This document shows, one piece after another, positions 57,251-64,000 of a stretch of 64,000 nucleotides of DNA. The notes below the pieces were generated by a model. The model was not told the origin of the DNA. It ran no database searches and was given only the letters and a program-made list of their open reading frames with translations. This stretch comes from Dictyostelium discoideum (Eukaryota): contig CM000154.2 of NCBI GenBank assembly GCA_000004695.1, positions 960,001 through 1,024,000 of the forward strand, read 5' to 3'. Numbering within the stretch: position 1 is the stretch's first letter; each line of letters begins with the position of its first letter. Made by a program: the position numbers and the translations under genes.

Positions 57251-59350
57251 CCAACAGGATCAAGTAATACAACATCACCAGTTTCAATTTCTAATACTAT
57301 TAATAGCACATTAACAATTGATAGTCAATCAATTTCAAATTCTCCATCAACTCCGTCGGGTAAATCTCTACCAACAACGACAACCGCAACAACAGCAACA
57401 GCATCAATAACATCACAAAATCAAAGTGAAAATTCACCATCTTCATCACCATCAATTAATAGAACTCAATCATTTTCACAAGAAAATGATGATATTACTA
57501 GTGGAAATAATAATTTAACATTATCAAATGGTGGTGAATTATTTAAATCAATACCAATTATTAATGTACCAAACGAAACTCAAGGTGCTGTTATTGAATT
57601 TATTGGTGGTGTCAATGTTCATCAAACAAGATGTCTTAAAGATGTAATTAAAGAAGTTGGTGGTATTCATTTATGTTTCCCATTTTTAGATATGGAACCA
57701 GCTCAACAAGTTGCTGGTTTAAGAATCTTATCTGGTCTATTGAACAAGAGTGAATCCAATAAAGCACAATTTAGAGAATTGAATGGTTTTGCTATCCTCT
57801 ACTATCTATTAAATAGATTCTCTGTATCAAATATCTCAAGTCCATATAGTGAGCTATCAATGGAAACATTTGAAATCATTTTCGATCTTTTATTAGATGG
57901 TATGAATAATACAGGATCCGATGTTAAACATCTTTGGAGTAATGATTGTTTAACTTTAATCTTGGATTTACTCCAATTCTGTAGTGAAGATCTTCAATTA
58001 CATGTTCTTAAATATTTAAATACAATGCTATTAAATTCACCTGATACTCTTAAACTTTGGATCACTCAATCCGATAATGAAAATCAAAATCAATCAAATC
58101 CACATTTAACTCCAAGTGTTACTGGTATAACTAGTGGTACTGATTTATTAAATGAGCATCAACATCAACAACAATTACAACAACAACAACAACAACAACA
58201 ACTTTCAAGTAGTAATAATAATGCAATTTCCTCAAATACTATATCCCCACCTTCATCCATTTTATCATCAACTTCAACAACAACTACAACAAACATTACA
58301 CAATTAACAACTACAATCAATTCAAATACGACAACTCAAGTATTATTATCATCATCTTCCTCAACTTCAGTTACAAATTCAACATCAAGTAATCTACCAG
58401 CATTTTTAAATACTGTAAACATTTCCAGATTAAATTATTTATTGGATATGGCAATGAAGCTATCCACAGATTCAACCTTTTTGTTTGGTATTATTAGAAA
58501 GATCCTTCCATCAATTGGTGCTGAAGATGTTGAATCAATTTTCGAATTTTTAACTGAAAACAAAGAAGGCTACTTTGAAAAGATTGGGACAAAATCAAAG
58601 ATATTGGAATTGGTTTATGAAGAGATGAGAAAATGTCCAACTCTAGTCGACCATCTAAGATCGATTGGTGGCTTCAATCTTGTATTCTCTTTAATTGAAA
58701 TACCAAGTGAAGAAATTCATATATTGACAATTAAATTAATTGGTCTATTATTGCATTCCAATAATAAAGCAGCTCTATTGTTTAGAAAGAATGGTGGATT
58801 CGATGTTTTAGCATCAATGATTTCAAATTATTCAATACCATCAGCTTCAGTTTGTAGAACCCTTTTACATCTATTGGTTGATCAATATAAATTCGATCCA
58901 AAATGTGTTCCACCAGAAACTAAACAAAGATCATTATCTTGGATATCTTTAGATTTCTTTTCACGTGATAAAAGTTCAGATTCTCTCTCAACTCTAGCTT
59001 CTTCAACAAATGATCTTTCAGAACCAGAGGAATCCCAATCATCATCAACAACAACAACAACCACAAACACAGATGAAGTATTAATTACAGGTGATAAAAC
59101 TATTGTATACCCAGAGGCTTTACATTCACTATTTACCATTATTCATAGTTATTATTTATTACCAATTGATGTAATTAGATTTGAAGAAATTCAAAAAATT
59201 CAAGTCACTCTCTATACTGAAATTGAACAACTTTTTGATAATACAAATATGGATATTTTATGGAATCAACCTTGGTTTGAATGGGTTTATCAGTTAATTG
59301 ATTTTTCAAACTTTGTAAATAATAATAATAATAATAATAATAATACTGTA

Positions 59351-59405
<55 letters not shown>

Positions 59406-60812
59406 CAACTAATAATAATAATAATAATAATAATAATAGTATTAATAATAATAACAATTTAAATGGTAGTGGTCAAAATATTAATACCAACCTTTCACCA
59501 TTCCAATTCTCAAAATCAAATATTGCTTATGTTAAATTATTATCAGTTTGTAAAAAATTGGTACTTTATGAATTAACCAAAAAACAATCAAAAATATTAA
59601 AATTAAAAGGTATGTTTAAAAAAAAAAAATAATAATATTGTAAAAACCATTCAAGTTTGAGCACTTTTCAAAATTTGAAAATTATGCATATTAATTTTAT
59701 ATGAGCTCCCATATAAAAATATTTGAAATTACAAAAAGTGCGCAAATTTGGATGGTTTTCACAATAATAATAATTTAAAAAATAGTACTAATATTAAAAA
59801 AATTAAAAAAAAATTTATAGAAATTTGTATAGATAATGAAGAATTTTATGTTGATATTGTAGATTCAGTTATTGATTATTTTGAACAAAATTCATATGTT
59901 TTACCAGATAATTCAACAGAATTAATAAAGAATTTGGTACAATTCTTTAAATCATTGGATGATTTAACAGTTCCATATCAAGTTTCAATGAGAATTATTG
60001 ATTTAGTTAATTCGATTGCATTCCAAAATACACCAGCCATTAGATTGCAAATGAAATCCAATGGTTTGGTTGAAATTAGAGATAACCTAATCATTCTATT
60101 ATTAGGAAATAGTAATACAAGAGCAGACTTTTTTAGTAAATTTGATTTCGAGTGTGTAGCTGATCAAAAAGCATTTAGAGATTCGGGTGGTTTATTATAT
60201 CTTTTACAATTTTTCCATCAATCCTATGGATCATTCGATAGACAAATGGAGATTTATCATGTATTAAAGAATGTAATGAGCTCAAGTAGTGAAGAGAATA
60301 GAAAAATCATTTCAAATATTTTAGAAGATCAAGTTACTATTCAAATGTTTTTTGGTGAAGATTTATTTGGTAAAAACAACAACAACAACAACACTAATAA
60401 CAATAGCAATAACAACAAAAAGAATCAAACTCCACCTACTTTAATTAATGATAATGATTTCAATTTCGTTGAATGGTTTAACTCTGAAGAACTATCATCA
60501 AAGAGATCAGATTTTAAGAATAGAATTGAAAAAGTGTTGGCACCAATTGAAAATAAATTCAATAATCAATTAGATAAACTTATGAAATTAAAAGAAAAGA
60601 GAATTAAACAACGTAGAGAAAAGATTTTCAAACAACAATCTGTAATCTCAAAACTATTACATGAAACAAATGAAAAACGTAGAATTCGTTCAAATAAAAT
60701 GAATTCACTTTATCTTGCAAAATCTCAATTAATTCCTTTTAAATCTCAAGAACGTTTAAAACTTGGTAAAGAAAGAGCATCACGTTTATCCCCTGTTTCA
60801 ATTTTAAATTAA
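51316..60812 (+). CDS. Neurobeachin/Lvs-like giant protein: ARM-type alpha-solenoid + concanavalin-A-like (LamG) domain, about 2900 aa, apparently without PH-BEACH-WD40 module (exons 51316..51594, 51679..52136, 52236..53064, 53435..59609, 59821..60812; possible extra 5' exon from ATG 51026)
   Basis: ConA-like domain FNFDGFDSCIKTGPIDKFPSARNGYTFSCWIRTN...WNHVVLTHSKQKITLYVNGKF...FCGSMGTIHFFDGIW aligns with the neurobeachin ConA-like domain (FFNFPG...NGFTLNTWFRMD...RCYVNGQLV...FCGQLGAVYVFSEAL). It is followed by EVGGIHLCFPFLDME (NBEA SIGGIQVLFPLFAQLD). Donors GTAAGT (51595), GTATGT (52137), GTAATT (53065) and G|GTATGT (59610); acceptors at 51678, 52235, 53434 and tttatAG 59820; all phases consistent. 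Stop at 60810-60812 followed by a (CAAAA)n array. The 5' end is uncertain because the MEAFRNIKNKF... mini-exon at 51026 cannot be phased unambiguously. Confidence 0.6.
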
Positions 60813-60825
60813 TTTTAAAATCAAT

Positions 60826-60827
60826 AA

Positions 60828-60858
<31 letters not shown>

Positions 60859-60882
60859 CAAACAAAACAAACAAAACAAAAC
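60826..60882. repeat. (CAAAA)n microsatellite directly 3' of the neurobeachin-like gene
   Basis: Direct reading. Confidence 0.9.
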
Positions 60883-60951
60883 CTTTTTCATTTTAAAAAA
60901 ACCTAATACTTTTTGTTTTTATATTTAAATATATGCGTGTTTTGTTCTTTA

Positions 60952-60982
<31 letters not shown>

Positions 60983-61150
60983 AAATAAATAAATAAATAA
61001 ATAAAATAAATAAGTTATTATTATATATTAAGTTATATTTAAACTTAATGCGTGTGGGTGTTTTTGTGTGTTGATTTATATTATTACTACTATTATTATT
61101 ATTACATTTTTAATAAATAAGGATGGGTTGACAAAAATTCATTTATATTT

Positions 61151-62191
61151 TTAAAAGATTTCATCTCGGATTGGTGGTAATTGGAGGAAACTATCATTGT
61201 TTATAAAATGAGACTCTACCGATGGTACATTATGGAATAATGGTGATGATAAAATTGGTGACTGAGAGGTTGGTGTTAAAGAGAATGGTGATGCTGATGA
61301 TGATGATGAAAGTGATGATTTGAATAAAACATCACAACTTGGATAATTATTTTTATATTTGTTACAAATTGGAGGTGGTAATGAAATTGGCGTATTGGTT
61401 TCTATATTACCATTGTAACTATTATTATTATTATTATTATTATTATTGTTGTTATTAATATTATTAATGTTATTGAAATTTGGATGTGGTGTAGGTATTG
61501 AAACTAATTTCATACCATTTTTAATATTATTATTTTGAATTTGATTTTGATTTTGATTTTGATTTTGATTTTGATTATTTTGATTATTTAATAATAATTG
61601 AATTTGTTGTTGTTGTTGTTGAATTTGTTGTTGTTGTTGTTGGATTTGTTGTTGTTGAATAAGGAGTTGATCTTGTTTTTCTTTTTCAGAATCTTGGATT
61701 TGTTTTTCTAATCTTTTTTGTAATTGTCTTTTATGGAGTCTCTGTTCAAGTTCAAGTTTATATCCAACATTTGGGGAATTTAAATCTTGGATTGGTATCA
61801 AAGAAACTGGTGATAAAACTGGTGAACTACCATTTTGTGGAACTTGATATTGAGAAACTTTTAAAACTGGACTATTATTACCATTACTATTTGATGGAAC
61901 AACAGATGACTTGGTATGAGTTTTTTTTACTGTCACTTTACCAACCATTGGAGGAGAACTTGGAGAACTTGGAGAACTTGGAGAACTTGATAAATTAATT
62001 GAGTCATTTTGTAATAATTGTTGATTATTTTTATGTTTTAATTTTGGACTGCATGCTCTTGGTGATCCACTTTTTGGACTTGATGTTTTTGGACTACCAT
62101 TTTTTGAACTTCCTTTTTGGCCACATAATTTTGGACTTGATGGATCAGTCATGATAAAATCCCAAGTTGGCACTTTAAAATTTAAATTCAT
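61151..62191 (-). CDS. Ser/Pro/Gln/Asn-rich low-complexity hypothetical protein (346 aa)
   Basis: Single continuous ORF (MNLNFKVPTWDFIMTDPSSPKLCGQKGSSKNGSPKTSSPKSGSPRACSPK...) with SPxx repeats, a QQQQIQQQ tract, a (QN)n tract and poly-N. Convergent with the upstream gene. No catalytic motif. Confidence 0.45.
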   Translation of the reverse strand: MNLNFKVPTWDFIMTDPSSPKLCGQKGSSKNGSPKTSSPKSGSPRACSPKLKHKNNQQLLQNDSINLSSSPSSPSSPSSPPMVGKVTVKKTHTKSSVVPSNSNGNNSPVLKVSQYQVPQNGSSPVLSPVSLIPIQDLNSPNVGYKLELEQRLHKRQLQKRLEKQIQDSEKEKQDQLLIQQQQIQQQQQQIQQQQQQIQLLLNNQNNQNQNQNQNQNQIQNNNIKNGMKLVSIPTPHPNFNNINNINNNNNNNNNNNNSYNGNIETNTPISLPPPICNKYKNNYPSCDVLFKSSLSSSSSASPFSLTPTSQSPILSSPLFHNVPSVESHFINNDSFLQLPPIRDEIF

Positions 62192-62551
62192 TTTATTTTT
62201 TTATTTTTTTAATTTTAAATTATTTTTTTATTTTTATTATTTATTTATTTATTTATCAATTTTAAATACTATTATTTTTTTTTATTATTATTTATTTGAA
62301 AAATATTAAAAAAGAAAAAAAAATTAGAAAATAAAATTTGTGATTAAATACTGGAAATTGGGTTATGAATGAGAGAGAAATTTAATTATTTAAAAAAAAA
62401 AATAGATTTTTTTTTTTAAAAAAAGTTATTCAATTATTTTAAAAAAGATTATAATATTACGATTTATTATTTATTTTATTAATATAATTATTTGAAAGTT
62501 TGAAAATTCTATTTTAAAAAATTCTATTTATATTAATTAAAAGAAAAGTTA

Positions 62552-62587
<36 letters not shown>

Positions 62588-62750
62588 AAAAAAAAAAATA
62601 AAATAAAAATATAATAATATTGGATTCCAAAAAAAGACACAAATACAATGGGACCCTTTTTTAAAAAAAAAAAAAGTTTATATGTATTTTTATCTTTTTT
62701 TTTTTTTTTCCTCAAAGAATCGGTGTTTTAATTCTAATTATTATTATTAT

Positions 62751-62791
<41 letters not shown>

Positions 62792-63675
62792 GTAATTTTT
62801 AAAAACAAGTTCAATTTTAATAATGAGATTCAAGAGTGATTGACTTAAAAAGAGGTTATATATAACATTTCAATACTCATACACTCTATATTAAATTTTA
62901 ACCCCCACCACCACACAGCCACTAATATCATTTAAAAATAACATCAATGTTATGCCCTTTGAAAAAAAAAATAAAAAACAACACACTTTTTCGCAAAAAA
63001 AGATTAAAAAACTTCATATTATTTTTTTTTTCAAATAATTAATAATTTAATACACCCCAACGCCCATATTAATATAATCAAAAAAGAATTTGATATCATA
63101 TTTTTTTTTTTTTTTTTTTCTTATATTACATTGGATTTCATTAAAATATGTTTTTTTAACGGCAATTATTTTTTTTTTTTTCTATAAATGGACTTCCAAA
63201 AAAAAATTTAATCAATTTTTCACACATACAAAAAACAAATTTGTCAGCAGGATATTTTAAAAAATTTCAATATTTTCAGAGATTGTATCTATAAAAAATA
63301 ATTTCCTATTAATAGAATTTTAATTAATCACAATCATTAATCGCCTCTAAAAATAGAAACTAAAAAAATCAAATTTTTAATCACAATACATATTAAACTT
63401 AATTTTTTTTTAATAATTATAGAATACATAATATCAATATTTTCACTTTGGCCTTATTAATATAATGATTATTGATATTTTCTTACAAAAAAAAAAATTA
63501 ATTATAAAAATAAAATATAATAAAGAATTGGGTTTAAATTGTGCTATTAATGTGTGGTTTAATTGTTTTGAACAAGTGAGAACAGGATAGGTTTTTTTTA
63601 AAAAAAAAAAATAAAAAAAAATAAAAAAAAAAAATAAAAATTAATTTGATTATATTTAATTATTAATTTTATTTA

Positions 63676-63708
<33 letters not shown>

Positions 63709-64000
63709 TGAATCTTGATTAAAAAATTAAAATTAATTTGTACAAAATTAAACATGCTGTAGCTTTTATAATTCTAAATTTAGGAATGTTCGATTGAATT
63801 AATTTTTTAAATCCTCCTTTAAATTTGTGGATGTCTTTTTTGATTATGTGATTTTTTTTTTTTTTTTTTTTTAACATCACCAATCAATCAAAAAAAAATC
63901 TGATAACGATTCATTATCTTTCAAAAAGAGTTTATAATATCAATTTTATCATAAGTAATTATTTTTGAAATTTCTTATAATTTTTAAAAAACATTATTTT

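Noticed and set aside
62192-64000. Possible genes in the last 1.8 kb
   Set aside because: Only homopolymer-rich A/T sequence with scattered short GC patches; no ORF over 60 codons and no splice-connected exons found.

Overview
Eukaryotic nuclear DNA with the hallmarks of Dictyostelium discoideum: roughly 75-80% A+T, intergenic regions made of homopolymer and simple-sequence runs, coding poly-N/poly-Q tracts ((AAT)n, (CAA)n), and short AT-rich introns with GTAAGT/GTATGT donors and (T)nAG acceptors. This is not a prokaryotic locus: there are no operons, CRISPR arrays, rRNA or recognisable tRNA genes. I can support about 22 protein-coding genes on both strands, most with 1-5 exons. Exon junctions were worked out by hand from the donor/acceptor consensus and reading-frame phase. 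Confident family assignments from conserved motifs: a secreted patatin-like phospholipase; proteasome adaptor ECM29; HID1/DYMECLIN-family protein; a class-I SAM methyltransferase; an ARF-family GTPase; an EEP-superfamily neutral-sphingomyelinase-like protein; a secreted cytidine-deaminase (CDA)-fold deaminase; Beclin-1/Atg6; an HXXXD acyltransferase; histidine ammonia-lyase; a PPR-like mitochondrial protein; an archaeal-type isopentenyl-phosphate-kinase homolog; a giant Clu-domain + TPR + LRR protein; a ponticulin-like GPI protein; a Nudix hydrolase; and a roughly 2900-aa neurobeachin-like protein (ARM-type alpha-solenoid + ConA-like/LamG domain) that ends with no PH-BEACH-WD40 module in the window. 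The non-coding points of interest are (i) a tandem pair of about 165-bp GC-rich conserved elements at 24.36-24.90 kb carrying a UUCG-capped hairpin, which are candidate small-RNA genes, and (ii) a 3-kb composite repeat block at 44.7-47.9 kb in which a roughly 230-bp segment lies in inverted orientation around a 2-kb ORF-free core, which is either a non-autonomous transposon/foldback element or an inversion-bearing duplication. Coordinates of splice junctions are manual estimates and should be checked against cDNA.
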